A DNA stretch of 64,000 nucleotides from an uncultured bacterium (GTDB taxonomy: Bacteria; Hydrothermota; UBA3073; NMUJ01; CBEVQO01): NCBI GenBank assembly GCA_965552055.1, contig CBEVQO010000002.1:256001-320000 (forward strand), in the 5' to 3' direction. The notes under the pieces are model-generated. The model did not search any database. It was not told where the DNA came from and saw only the letters and a list, made by a program, of their open reading frames with translations. Shown here piece by piece: positions 10,422 to 21,058 of this stretch. How positions within the stretch are numbered: position 1 is the first letter of the stretch; every line of letters starts with the position of its first letter. Position numbers and translations under genes: made by a program.

Positions 10422-13012
10422 CGTAAGTGCTTTTTGGCTTCTTTCACAAGGTCTTTTCTATCACCCCTATCCACAACCATTTTATACAACCTTTTTGCTT
10501 CTTCTTTTTTGCCGAGTTTCTCAGCACATTGAGCAGCTTTAAAAAGTGCAGGGCTTATCCATTTGCTTTCCCTTATGTATTTCACTTTTAAATAAGCCCT
10601 CATCGCTTCTTTATAATTGCCCGATTTAAAATATGCTTCACCGATTTTATACTGGGCTTCCGGCTTCAATGTAACATCTTCAATTTGACCGAACAAAGTA
10701 ATCGCCATCTTATAATTTCCCTGTTCAAGATAAATATCGCCAAGAACCAATTGTGCCTTTTCTTTCAAATCTTTTCTTTTTTTAATCACTTCATTTAAAA
10801 TCGCTTCCGCCTTTAAAATTTCACCTTTCTTCCAGTAACATTTTGCTAGATAAATTTTTGAATCACCAAAATCTATTTTTTCAAAAAGAGAAAGTGCCTT
10901 ATCATACTCCCCACGTTCAAAATAAAGAATACCCATTTCATATCGGGCTTTTTTAGCATAATTTGTTTCAGAATATTTTTCTATCAATTTTTTCAATATT
11001 TTTTCTGCATCTTCCTTTTTATCAAGTTTAAGATAAGTTTTTGAGAGCCAGTACATACAATAAGGAGTTTCACTTTGTTTATAGAATTCAACAGCGATTT
11101 TATACTCGCCCTGATTATACGCAATATCTCCTGCTTTCGCACAGATAAGGTCACACAATTTTTCACCTTTAAATCTATCAATGTAAGATTGGGCAAGCTT
11201 CTTGAAAGAACCCTTACCTGCAGAATAATAGCGTGCTTCCAGTAATCCCCCTATTGCCCTTATCGCCCTATCAGGATATTTAACACCAAATACCCTCAAT
11301 GCCTCTCTATAAGCGAGTTCCGCTTCTGAATATTTTTTCATATCAAAATAGTTATCACCAATTACGCATCGTGCTTCGTAAATGTATTTTGAATCAGGAT
11401 AGTTATCAATGAGTTCATTCATCTCTTTTATTGATTTTTCATATTTCCCGAGATGCCTGTAAGCCATACCGATTAAATATTTTGCCTCACTTGCTTTCTC
11501 ATGCAAAGGATAGTGCTTTATAAAATTACGAAAACTGCGGATACAATACCAGTATTTGCCGAGATTAAAGTAAATCTCACCTATCCTGTATAAAGGAATA
11601 GCACCTTTACATTTTGAATACCATTTTATTGCTTCATCATACTTTTTCTGCAAATAACAAATATTTCCAAATTCAAAAAATGCCTCTTCAGATGGATACT
11701 TATCAACTAAAATTTTGCCAACTTTATAGGCTTCTGCATAATCTCCCAATTTTGTCAAACAATACATTTTGCCCATCAATGCTTTTCCTTCAAATTCCTT
11801 TGATTTCGAAGCTATTTCATAATCTTTTAACGCTTCTTTATAATTTCCTTTTTTATAATTTATTTCTGCAAGCAAGAAATATTTTCTTTCATCATCTTTA
11901 CTATATTTTTTGATATATTCTTCGGCACTATCGAGTTCGCCTTTTTTGTAATAACTCAATGCGATGTAATAGAGCAAATTTTCATCTTTTTTCTCATCAT
12001 AAATTTCTTTATATCTTTTTATTGCACCGTCATAATCTCCCTTGTTAAAGCATGCATGTGCAGAATAAAGGCGCGCTTCATCCGTGCCCGATTTGTCAAA
12101 ATATTCAACTGCTTTTCCATAATCCTTTATTTCAAAGTATAATTTTCCTATTTTCTCATAAGCAATGGGTTTTAATTCTTCATTTTCTTCTACCGCCTTT
12201 TTATAAGAATCAATCGCACTTTTTAACTTTTTCATTTTGTAATAACAATCTCCAATTCTTATCCATTTTTCTGCTTCTTCAAGTTTTTGATATTTTTCTA
12301 TCGCTTTTTCATAGTTGCCTATTTTTTGATAGCAATCTGCAATCATCATCTTTATCTGAGGATATTTTTCTGCTTTTTCTTCAATTTTTGACAGTAAATC
12401 AAGTGCTTCTTTATATTTGCCCATAGCGTAATAAGATGATGCAAGCATAACTTCTGCTTCTAACTTATATTTATCTTCTTTAACTTCTTTCAAATATTTA
12501 ACAGCACTATCATATTGAGAAAGCTTAAAATAACAATATCCTGTGGAATATACAGCATAATCTTTGTATTTGCCTTTTTGCAATTTCTTGTAATATTTTA
12601 TTGCCGATTTGAAATCTTTATTTTTAAAATAAGCCTCTGCAAGCCAGTAATTCACATCTTCTGGATAATATTTCTCTACTTCTTTAAAAATTTTTAGGGA
12701 TTTTTCAAAATCACCGAGATAAAAATAACATTTGGCAAGATTTAATTTTGCTTCTTTTACAAATTTACTTCTTGGATAAACTTTTAAAAAGTTTTCGATT
12801 TCTTTAACTGCTTTATCGTATTTTTTTAATTTATAAAGACAGAGTGCGGAATAATATTTTGCATCTTCACATAAATTTGATTGAGGATAATTTTTTAAGA
12901 ACCGTAAAAATTCTTCTCTGGCAAGTTCATAAAGTCCATCATTGTATAAACCTACTGCAAAATTAAAATCTTCCTGAGGAGTGGAAAGCAATATAAAAAG
13001 CAAAAAAATCAT
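10418..13012 (-). CDS. Long tetratricopeptide repeat protein (exported)
   Basis: Many TPR units (YxLA..YY..GxY..A) and YPxS turns. Confidence 0.92.
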   Translation of the reverse strand: MIFLLFILLSTPQEDFNFAVGLYNDGLYELAREEFLRFLKNYPQSNLCEDAKYYSALCLYKLKKYDKAVKEIENFLKVYPRSKFVKEAKLNLAKCYFYLGDFEKSLKIFKEVEKYYPEDVNYWLAEAYFKNKDFKSAIKYYKKLQKGKYKDYAVYSTGYCYFKLSQYDSAVKYLKEVKEDKYKLEAEVMLASSYYAMGKYKEALDLLSKIEEKAEKYPQIKMMIADCYQKIGNYEKAIEKYQKLEEAEKWIRIGDCYYKMKKLKSAIDSYKKAVEENEELKPIAYEKIGKLYFEIKDYGKAVEYFDKSGTDEARLYSAHACFNKGDYDGAIKRYKEIYDEKKDENLLYYIALSYYKKGELDSAEEYIKKYSKDDERKYFLLAEINYKKGNYKEALKDYEIASKSKEFEGKALMGKMYCLTKLGDYAEAYKVGKILVDKYPSEEAFFEFGNICYLQKKYDEAIKWYSKCKGAIPLYRIGEIYFNLGKYWYCIRSFRNFIKHYPLHEKASEAKYLIGMAYRHLGKYEKSIKEMNELIDNYPDSKYIYEARCVIGDNYFDMKKYSEAELAYREALRVFGVKYPDRAIRAIGGLLEARYYSAGKGSFKKLAQSYIDRFKGEKLCDLICAKAGDIAYNQGEYKIAVEFYKQSETPYCMYWLSKTYLKLDKKEDAEKILKKLIEKYSETNYAKKARYEMGILYFERGEYDKALSLFEKIDFGDSKIYLAKCYWKKGEILKAEAILNEVIKKRKDLKEKAQLVLGDIYLEQGNYKMAITLFGQIEDVTLKPEAQYKIGEAYFKSGNYKEAMRAYLKVKYIRESKWISPALFKAAQCAEKLGKKEEAKRLYKMVVDRGDRKDLVKEAKKHLR

Positions 13013-13434
13013 TTTTCAAAAAGTTTAGAAAAAGTGTCAATTATCACCCTTGCATACTTAAAACCCGCTTTTACCATATCAACATTCACCCCTCCTCTGT
13101 AATAGCCAAAAATATGAAGGTTTTCGTAAACGATTCTGAAAGCTGCGAGCAATTTACCATTGTGAGGCGCTTTCTTCAACCAATCTCTGTATCCCTGATA
13201 AGAAGTGGGCAATTCCGATGGCTTTTTACCTTTGCTTAAAATAAAAGCATCAATAGCGAATAATGCGGATAAATATCCAATAGCACATGCTTCTCTTACT
13301 TTTTTGCCATCTTTGTAAATTCCATATTCAACCGGAACTTCCTTCAAAATATTTTTTGCATTTTTATAATACCTTTTGGCTTCTGCTATCGCTTCTTCCA
13401 CACTTACAGGTCTATCTTTATCTCTTTCATCCAT
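13009..13434 (-). CDS. DUF5618-like (HEPN-like) protein
   Basis: EAKRYYKNAKNIL...YKDGKKVREAC...YENLHIFGYYRG. Confidence 0.7.
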   Translation of the reverse strand: MDERDKDRPVSVEEAIAEAKRYYKNAKNILKEVPVEYGIYKDGKKVREACAIGYLSALFAIDAFILSKGKKPSELPTSYQGYRDWLKKAPHNGKLLAAFRIVYENLHIFGYYRGGVNVDMVKAGFKYARVIIDTFSKLFEK

Positions 13435-13439
13435 CTCTT

Positions 13440-13466
13440 ATTTTAACAAAAAGTTTATATTGTCAA
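13440..13466 (-). promoter_or_regulatory. Promoter TTGACA-N15-TAAAAT, probably leaderless
   Basis: 5 nt from the -10 box to the ATG at 13434. Confidence 0.7.
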
Positions 13467-14014
13467 GAAATTTTACTTATCAGTTTAACAAAATAGTAAA
13501 TTTTACATGAATGTTCGAGCATACATGTGTAAAAGAAAGCTTCTTTTAAATTTTCGCCAACTGTGAAAACACCATGTCCTCTTATTATAACAGCATTCAC
13601 AGTTGAAAGTGCATCTGCTACTTTTAAAGCAAGTTCATGACTGCCAGATTCTCCTTCAACTATTGGGACTTCTTTTAAAAATCTTTTTGTCTCATAATCA
13701 AGGGGGACATATTTTTCCTTGCATAATATCGACATTATTACAGAAAAAATTGGGTGCGAATGAACGATTGCTCTGGCTTTTGTCTTTTTATAAATCTCCC
13801 TGTGAAGAGGTAATTCCACCGATGCAAATTTATCTTTATCTGTTTTCTCAAATATTGGCAATTTTATTAAATCTTCCTTTTTTAATTCCGAAAGAACAGT
13901 CCCTGTTTTTGTTATTATCAAAAAATTATCCACCCTTACGCTAATATTACCGAAAACAGAATAAGTTAAACCTTCTTCTTTCAATTTTTTACCTATTTCA
14001 ATGATTTCTTTCAT
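13463..14014 (-). CDS. Class II aldolase/adducin family protein (fuculose-1-P aldolase-like)
   Basis: GNISVR, SVELPLHREIY, AIVHSHP, RGHG motifs. Confidence 0.9.
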   Translation of the reverse strand: MKEIIEIGKKLKEEGLTYSVFGNISVRVDNFLIITKTGTVLSELKKEDLIKLPIFEKTDKDKFASVELPLHREIYKKTKARAIVHSHPIFSVIMSILCKEKYVPLDYETKRFLKEVPIVEGESGSHELALKVADALSTVNAVIIRGHGVFTVGENLKEAFFYTCMLEHSCKIYYFVKLISKIS

Positions 14015-14058
14015 TTCTTAAATTTATTTCAAATATGCATTTGACAAGAAAAAAATTC

Positions 14059-14085
14059 TTGACAATCGGATATAAAGTTTAAAAT
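14059..14085 (+). promoter_or_regulatory. Promoter TTGACA-N15-TAAAAT followed by SD (AAGGAGG)
   Basis: Boxes and SD seen upstream of the ATG at 14104. Confidence 0.72.
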
Positions 14086-14103
14086 AATATAAAAGGAGGG
14101 GGT

Positions 14104-16785
14104 ATGAAGAAGGCGTTAATAATATTAGGTCTAATGGGGGCAGTAGATTTATGGAGCTATCGGATATTTAGATGTGAACCCATTCTGCCTACTTCGAATA
14201 TGTTGGATTTGATAAGAGAAGATAGTGTAAAACTCCATGGTTATGTTTATTTTCTAAAGCATCCGGATAGTATAAGAGCAGACACATTTCCTGATTTTCC
14301 CTCGTCTTCGGAATGGATTGGATGGGATCCGAGTGCAGGTAGGGTTTGTTTTAGAGTAAACGCCGATAGTGAAAACCTTCCAAAAAGTAAAAATGTGGGA
14401 GATACCTGTATTTTTGTAATTATGACTGAAAGATTTTCCGGTACATTAAATCATGTTGGATATTATGCTGTTATAAATGACACCTTTACTGGAGCAACTG
14501 AAGATTTTACTAATCCCTGTTCTCTTAGAGTTATGCCTTATCCTGTTGTAGTAGAAACCAAACCTAACTGTGTAAAGCTTGCATGGAAAAAAGCAAAAGT
14601 AGATTCTGGTACACCTCCGATGAAACTCGTAGAAGGTTATCAGGTGTGGAGAAGTGAAGATGGAATTAATTTCTCGATCCTGTGCACTCTGGTTACAGAT
14701 ACATTTTATGTAGATTCCATTACTTACGGCACGAAAAAATATTTTTATGCATTAAAAATCGTGTTTGCTGGGAAAAATGCCACATGGTATCTATCCCGTG
14801 CTACTTCAGTAAAGCCCAAATATGACGCAGGTGTAGTTGAAAAAATTGAACCTGCTAAATGGGTTGAAGAAGATGATACTATTTATCCATCGGTAATAAT
14901 AGAAAATGAAGGATTTGATACAACTGAGACCATATTCGTTTATATAAGGATCGATAGTAATAGTGTGGTGGTTTATAACGATACTGTGAAAATAGCTCAC
15001 TTACCTCCGAATTCGATTGACACAGTTACATGTGATAAAAGCTGGGTACCGGGTATTCAGGGCAAGGAATTTAACTTTGTCTGCTATGTTGTGACAGATA
15101 GTGATGGATATGTCTATAATGACACATTGAAGGATACGGTCAGAACCTATTTTCACGATTTAAATGCAATAAATATCGAATTCCGTGAAGAACAATACTG
15201 GGACTTACAGGATACACTCCTGCGTCCTTATTTCCCGACAAGGTTATGGGTCTTTGTAATGAATGAGGGAAACGCTCCGGAAGAAAATTACATTGTTGAA
15301 ATCTGGGTGGATAGTGATACTGTGAATGTTTTTTATAAAGCAGATACACAGCATTCTCCTCTGACACCTGGTGACACTGCAGAAGTATGGTTCGATGGAT
15401 GGAGTACAGGTGCGCCTCATATTACTTATACTTTCAGAGGGAAAGTTACTTCGCTACGCGATAAGGTAAACGATAACGACACTGTATCGTGGAGAGCCAA
15501 AACGATTGCTCTTGATGTTGAAATAGATAGTATCATCTTTCCTTCGCCAGATGGTAGTGATTCACTGGAACCTGATACTATCCATCGCCCAAGAATAAAA
15601 GTGAAAAATAACTCAAAAATTGTATTATATAGATTGTGGATTAAAACCATTTATAAATTCGACACAGTGATGCATACGATTGACAGCACACTTGCAGGTG
15701 ATAAAATTTACCCAGATGCTTCAATCGAAGTAGTATGCAAAAAATGGGACCCGAAGAATATAGGTGGTAAAGAATTCAATCTTACCTTTATTAATCTAAC
15801 AAGAGGAGATACTTTCAATCATAATGATACAGCTTCTGTAAACTTTTACACTTATCTCCACGACCTCTGCATTACGAGAATAATTTTCCCGGACACCGTT
15901 TATCCCGGTCTATCATATATACCTTATTGCGTAATTTATAATAGAGGCGATAAAACTGAATCTAACATAAAAGTATTCTGTACCGTAAACAAGGAGACAC
16001 TTGAGGCTGTTTATTACGATACTATAACAATATCTTCCCTTGCTAAAAATGATTCCTCTTTGTGCGAATTTGCACCCTGGCAGGCAGGTAACGACAGAAA
16101 GTATAGAGTAGCATTTAGACTAATTCACGATAAAGACCTTGTTTATACAAATAACCAAATGTCGAAGTATGTGTTCAATTTGTTACACGATATTTCTGTT
16201 GATAGCATATTTATACCTGATACCTGCATAATAGACAGTTCTTACTTACCTTTTGTTAAATTAAGTAATAAGGGCAATTTCACAGAATATCAAATAAAAG
16301 CGGTCGCTTCAATTCTCTATGGTAAAGATGAAGTTTACAGAGATAGTGTCCTTATAAATGAATTACCCATTGGCGGTATATTTACACATTTCTTTAAAGA
16401 ATTTGTCCCGAATAACAGAGGAGATTATATCCTGGTGACAAAAGTAGATTATGATGACAACTGGACACTGAACAATACATTAACCAAGTCGTTTGTAGCA
16501 ATTGAATATGGTATTGAAGAACCTCTAAGCACATACTCTGTTAAAATAATGGGAGAAAATCCTGCGATTAATAGTATGTCCCTAATTTATACCCTGCCGG
16601 AGAAATCAATGGTAAAAATTTATCTGGTAGATGTTTGCGGCAGATTAGTAAAAATGCTCGAAAATTCGGAAAAAGATAAAGGTAGATATACAATAAAATT
16701 GTTTAATTTGCCGGCAGGAATTTACTATTGCGTGTTCAAACTGGGAGATAAAAAATTCATAAAGAAAGTAATTTTCATAAAATAA
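14104..16785 (+). CDS. Secreted multi-Ig/CARDB-like repeat protein with T9SS/FlgD-like C-terminal sorting domain
   Basis: Signal peptide; repeated HD(L/I).(I/V)..I..P...NxG...NDT domains; tail IYLVDVCGRLVK...LPAGIYY...KKVIFIK. Confidence 0.8.
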   Translation: MKKALIILGLMGAVDLWSYRIFRCEPILPTSNMLDLIREDSVKLHGYVYFLKHPDSIRADTFPDFPSSSEWIGWDPSAGRVCFRVNADSENLPKSKNVGDTCIFVIMTERFSGTLNHVGYYAVINDTFTGATEDFTNPCSLRVMPYPVVVETKPNCVKLAWKKAKVDSGTPPMKLVEGYQVWRSEDGINFSILCTLVTDTFYVDSITYGTKKYFYALKIVFAGKNATWYLSRATSVKPKYDAGVVEKIEPAKWVEEDDTIYPSVIIENEGFDTTETIFVYIRIDSNSVVVYNDTVKIAHLPPNSIDTVTCDKSWVPGIQGKEFNFVCYVVTDSDGYVYNDTLKDTVRTYFHDLNAINIEFREEQYWDLQDTLLRPYFPTRLWVFVMNEGNAPEENYIVEIWVDSDTVNVFYKADTQHSPLTPGDTAEVWFDGWSTGAPHITYTFRGKVTSLRDKVNDNDTVSWRAKTIALDVEIDSIIFPSPDGSDSLEPDTIHRPRIKVKNNSKIVLYRLWIKTIYKFDTVMHTIDSTLAGDKIYPDASIEVVCKKWDPKNIGGKEFNLTFINLTRGDTFNHNDTASVNFYTYLHDLCITRIIFPDTVYPGLSYIPYCVIYNRGDKTESNIKVFCTVNKETLEAVYYDTITISSLAKNDSSLCEFAPWQAGNDRKYRVAFRLIHDKDLVYTNNQMSKYVFNLLHDISVDSIFIPDTCIIDSSYLPFVKLSNKGNFTEYQIKAVASILYGKDEVYRDSVLINELPIGGIFTHFFKEFVPNNRGDYILVTKVDYDDNWTLNNTLTKSFVAIEYGIEEPLSTYSVKIMGENPAINSMSLIYTLPEKSMVKIYLVDVCGRLVKMLENSEKDKGRYTIKLFNLPAGIYYCVFKLGDKKFIKKVIFIK

Positions 16786-16794
16786 GGAGGGGGC

Positions 16795-19698
16795 ATGAGG
16801 AAGTTTGTCTTATTAATTGGCTTTATCAGTGTTAATTTGTTTGGAGTCACAAACATCTACAAAATGAAGATCGAAAAACTGAAACTCGACAGAAGCTCTT
16901 TATTGCAGGCAAAGGGCAAAGTGTTTTCTCTAAATCTCAAGAAAGTATCTTTTTCTAAAGGTTTATACAAATCGGATACCGTTGATGAATATGGCTATAC
17001 TGCTGTAACGATTTCTCCTGGTAAATGGGTAGAATTGAAGGAAATGGGCAGCGCCGTTGAAGTGCCTGCCGAGGACTTTGATGTCGGAGAATACCCCGGT
17101 GACGATGCATTAGCAGGGCCTTTTGACATCGGGTTTGATTTTCCGTTTTACTGGTACAGATGCTCGCAATTTTACATAAATGTAAATGGTGCAATTTCTT
17201 TTTCCGATACAATACAGTATGCACCACAATGGAGTGGCATTCAGACAACATTGATCCCCTCTCCGAAGCGCCCAAATGACCTCGTAATACCGCTGGGAGG
17301 GGACCTGACACTTGTCAGTGATTATCCAACTGCTCTACCAGGTGCAAGAATCCTTTATTACACAAATAACAAAGACACCCTTATTGTTCAATGGGATAGC
17401 TTAAGAGAATGGACTACGGGAGGTCCACAGAATGCTTTTACCTTTCAATTAATTCTTTGCAAAACGGATAGTTCTATTACCTTTAATTACAAAATTGTTG
17501 AAACAAATTTAAGTATGAGAAACTGTGTCGGAATAGAAAATATTTACGGTAATATTGGAATTCAATACTTAAGAGATACCACCATAAACATCCTTTTACC
17601 CGGGAGGTCCATCAAATTTATTCCTCCTGCCGAAGGAAAACCAATTCATGATGTTACTGTTATTGCAGGAATTGATGAATACAGTCAGTTTTACTTCCTG
17701 TCACCCTACAGTGTGTTTAATATCGGTTTAACAAAAGTTCAGAATTTAGGTAACTATAGTGAAAGTTTCCCTTGTGTATGTCAAATAGTTGATGCAGCTA
17801 AAAATATCGTTTTCATTGATTCGGCTATTATTGCACAGCTGGATTCTGGTGCGACCGCTTATGGTAACTTTAACCATTACTGGATTGTCACCGAGGGCAC
17901 GGGCGATTATAATGCGAGATTTATTGCACAATTGAAGACCGACATTGTAGCCCGAAATGATACCTTAATTGTACCGATCAGAGTAGTGGAACTACCGGAT
18001 CTACTTTATTATGATGATAGTAGCCCAGAATATTTGTATGCCTTCAGATACGAAAGCACAGCGATTGCAGTAGAATATGTTCCCCCTGCCGGAGAATACA
18101 TGATTGATTTTGTGGTCGCAATAGTGGGGTCGTATGAAGCAGGGAACAAGCCCTTCAGATTTCTCATAATGGACGAAATAGATACAACAGGATTTGGACA
18201 TATCATCTGGGATACCGTTGATATCTCACCTCCTGCAGGTTATTATGCGTATTATGTTTATGACTTTTTGAGAAATCCATTGATTATTAAAAAGCCCACC
18301 ATTTACCTTGTTTACCAGCAATTGCAAAATTCGACCCCCGGTCACTTCGATGTACCTGTGCTATTCGAAGACGCTAACCCTCCTCATGCAAATCGTTATT
18401 TTGTATATTCCCCGGGATACGGCTGGTCAAGACCATCGGAATATATGGACCAATTCTTCTGGGTATGGATATCTCCCATACCAGAAAGAGATGTCTCTAT
18501 CCTTAAAATATTGTCACCTAAAGGCTTTGTCGCCGAAACAACAACTTATACTCCAACAGTAAGAATTAAAAGCTTCGGCAAGGAAAATGTTGATTGTAAA
18601 TTAAATGTCAAAATAATAAATAAAGCAAGCGGCGATACGATATACGATGAAATCGTTGATGTTCCTTCATTAAGTTTTCAGGAAATACGCGATATCAAAT
18701 TACCTGCATTTACAACGGGTTTAGCAGGAGAGGAATATCGCATAGAAGCCAGAACAATCCTTGATTTCGATGAAAGAACATTTAACGATACTATGTCAGC
18801 GGAAGCAGAAGTAACAGGCAGAGATTATATATTGTGGGATCCATCCGGCACAGGATACCATTTATACGAATTACTAAAAGAACTCGGGCATTTTGGACTG
18901 TACTGGACAGGAAATCTTTCAGAAATCTCCATTCTTGACCAGTTCCCTGTATTGTTCATCACATGTGGCAAATATGACGGAGGATATGTAATTCAAGAAT
19001 CTTCTCCTGATGCCCAAGCTATACGCGAATTCCTCGAAGCCGGTGGTAAAGGAATTTATATAGAAGGTGAAAAAGTATGGTACACCGACCCCGTTCAATA
19101 TAATGGTATGGAATTATTGCCTCTGTTCGGTTGTACTTCTGGAGGTGCAAGGGGACCTTTCTGGGAAATTCACGGAGTAACAGGTTCTCTCTGTGAAGGT
19201 TATTCATTCGATTTAACAGCTACTGCTTCAATGTCGAATAATTATTTTGTTCCTTCACAAGCAGAAAGTGCATTCTATGACAATGTGAAAAAATATGTAA
19301 GAAGTGTGTATTATGAAGCCGATAAATACAGGGCATGGGGAACTTCTGTGCCTATCACCTACCTGCCAGATACGGGGACAGCCTATGTAAATGTAAAACA
19401 GCTTTACGAATTGATCTATGAATTCCTGACCTATCAAATTCCGACAAAAGAACTAAAAGAAAATCTCATCGCCCTGCAAAAATGCAACATATATCCTAAT
19501 CCCACAAAAGGCATATTGAAAATTTATTCCAGCAGACCCGCGGATATCGAAGTATTTGACATAAACGGAAGAAAAATCAAAAGCTTATCGGCAAAACCCG
19601 AGAAGGGCGAAATAAAAATTAATTTGAAAGAATTACCAGCAGGTGTTTATTTCGTTAAAGTAAATCGCAAAATCTATAAAGTTAATCTGGTAAAATAA
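16795..19698 (+). CDS. Secreted protein with nidogen-like and CARDB-like domains and a T9SS-type C-terminal domain
   Basis: Signal peptide; DD..GPFDIGFDFPFY..YINVNGAISF; tail YPNP...FDINGRKI...LPAGVYFVKV. Confidence 0.8.
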   Translation: MRKFVLLIGFISVNLFGVTNIYKMKIEKLKLDRSSLLQAKGKVFSLNLKKVSFSKGLYKSDTVDEYGYTAVTISPGKWVELKEMGSAVEVPAEDFDVGEYPGDDALAGPFDIGFDFPFYWYRCSQFYINVNGAISFSDTIQYAPQWSGIQTTLIPSPKRPNDLVIPLGGDLTLVSDYPTALPGARILYYTNNKDTLIVQWDSLREWTTGGPQNAFTFQLILCKTDSSITFNYKIVETNLSMRNCVGIENIYGNIGIQYLRDTTINILLPGRSIKFIPPAEGKPIHDVTVIAGIDEYSQFYFLSPYSVFNIGLTKVQNLGNYSESFPCVCQIVDAAKNIVFIDSAIIAQLDSGATAYGNFNHYWIVTEGTGDYNARFIAQLKTDIVARNDTLIVPIRVVELPDLLYYDDSSPEYLYAFRYESTAIAVEYVPPAGEYMIDFVVAIVGSYEAGNKPFRFLIMDEIDTTGFGHIIWDTVDISPPAGYYAYYVYDFLRNPLIIKKPTIYLVYQQLQNSTPGHFDVPVLFEDANPPHANRYFVYSPGYGWSRPSEYMDQFFWVWISPIPERDVSILKILSPKGFVAETTTYTPTVRIKSFGKENVDCKLNVKIINKASGDTIYDEIVDVPSLSFQEIRDIKLPAFTTGLAGEEYRIEARTILDFDERTFNDTMSAEAEVTGRDYILWDPSGTGYHLYELLKELGHFGLYWTGNLSEISILDQFPVLFITCGKYDGGYVIQESSPDAQAIREFLEAGGKGIYIEGEKVWYTDPVQYNGMELLPLFGCTSGGARGPFWEIHGVTGSLCEGYSFDLTATASMSNNYFVPSQAESAFYDNVKKYVRSVYYEADKYRAWGTSVPITYLPDTGTAYVNVKQLYELIYEFLTYQIPTKELKENLIALQKCNIYPNPTKGILKIYSSRPADIEVFDINGRKIKSLSAKPEKGEIKINLKELPAGVYFVKVNRKIYKVNLVK

Positions 19699-20345
19699 GG
19701 AAGCAATTTCTTCAACCTCTTCTTAATTTTCTTTTCTCTTTTATGAAAATAAAAATAATGTGTTTGATTTATATTTGCCTGATATAATCGCAAAAGCATG
19801 TTTAACTTATAAAATAAAAACATGCCTTTTATCAAATTAAATTTTTTGTTTTTCACATCCTTACAAATGGAATACAGCAAATAACTGGCTGCGCACAAAA
19901 AGGTCATCCCCTTTAAAATACAGCCCTCGAGAATAAGCCCACTGCCCGGCAGCAAATAAGCCAGAACCGAATAAAAATTCGAACCGCTTCGCACATACAT
20001 ACATATTGCTTTAAAAGTGTCAATCAACCCTCCCCCCTGATATTTTAACAGATTAGATACTTCCTCATAATTTCCTGCCAATAAATAAAAATATATCGCC
20101 TTTTCATTTAAATAATCTATAAGCGAAGGTTCTTCTGAATAGTTTAATGCAATGGAAAGACATCGGAATCCTTCTTTATATCTACCGGTCATAAAATAGC
20201 ATGTCGATAGCCTATCATAAATTCTTACAAATTCCGAAGCATTTTTAGCAAATGTCAAAATCCTTTTGTATTCTTTTATTGCGAGAGCATATTCCCCCCT
20301 TGCGAAAAGCGAATCAGCAAAAAGTGAAAAAACAAAAATTATCAT
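19674..20345 (-). CDS. TPR-containing membrane-associated hypothetical protein
   Basis: FADSLFARGEYALAIKEYKR; LLPGSG membrane motif. Confidence 0.6.
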   Translation of the reverse strand: MIIFVFSLFADSLFARGEYALAIKEYKRILTFAKNASEFVRIYDRLSTCYFMTGRYKEGFRCLSIALNYSEEPSLIDYLNEKAIYFYLLAGNYEEVSNLLKYQGGGLIDTFKAICMYVRSGSNFYSVLAYLLPGSGLILEGCILKGMTFLCAASYLLYSICKDVKNKKFNLIKGMFLFYKLNMLLRLYQANINQTHYFYFHKREKKIKKRLKKLLPYFTRLTL

Positions 20346-21058
20346 GGCAATTTAATAGCATTTTGTTTTTTCACCTTTCTGCAAAATTCCCTTTTACTTT
20401 TCCAGTTATAATATTTAGCCGAAGTATAAGCCCCATAAAGTTCTCCGAGATATAAAGAAAAAGATAATGCTCCAAAGAAATAAAGTTTAAAATTGTCTTT
20501 AGTTTTATAACCCAGATATGCGAATGAAGAAAAAATACAAAGCATACCCAATGATGCTACTCCATCCCAAATTCTACCTGCATAAACCCTGCCTGCTCCC
20601 GGTAATAAAGCCGATAAAAATAGAGCACACAGGGGAAAACGATGAGAAGGTTTACCACGAAAAGATAAAAATTTGCGTGCTTCCCTGTATCTCCCAGCAT
20701 ACAAATAAATAAGCCCCATTAATTTCTCATCCTTCCAGTATTTTAACGCAGAATCCCATTGCCCTTCAAAAAAATATAACTTGCCAAGTTTTAACCTATA
20801 CTTCTCATCTTTTTTATTAATCCTTTTTAACTCATTTAACGCTTTTTGAAATTGACGGGTTTTCAAATATAACTCAAATACAACATAATGTAAACTATCT
20901 TTCAAATTTTTGTCTTCAGTTAAATAAATTGCTCTTAAATATTCGCATATTGCATTTTTATAATCTTTTTGTTCTTCAAGATATTTTGCAAATTTTAAAA
21001 TTTTAGGAATTGAAGTAAATAAATCACTCTCTATAAAAATCACAAATAACAGGCACAT
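20342..21058 (-). CDS. TPR protein with C-terminal membrane domain
   Basis: AICEYLR TPR; LSALLPGAGRVYAG motif. Confidence 0.7.
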   Translation of the reverse strand: MCLLFVIFIESDLFTSIPKILKFAKYLEEQKDYKNAICEYLRAIYLTEDKNLKDSLHYVVFELYLKTRQFQKALNELKRINKKDEKYRLKLGKLYFFEGQWDSALKYWKDEKLMGLIYLYAGRYREARKFLSFRGKPSHRFPLCALFLSALLPGAGRVYAGRIWDGVASLGMLCIFSSFAYLGYKTKDNFKLYFFGALSFSLYLGELYGAYTSAKYYNWKSKREFCRKVKKQNAIKLP

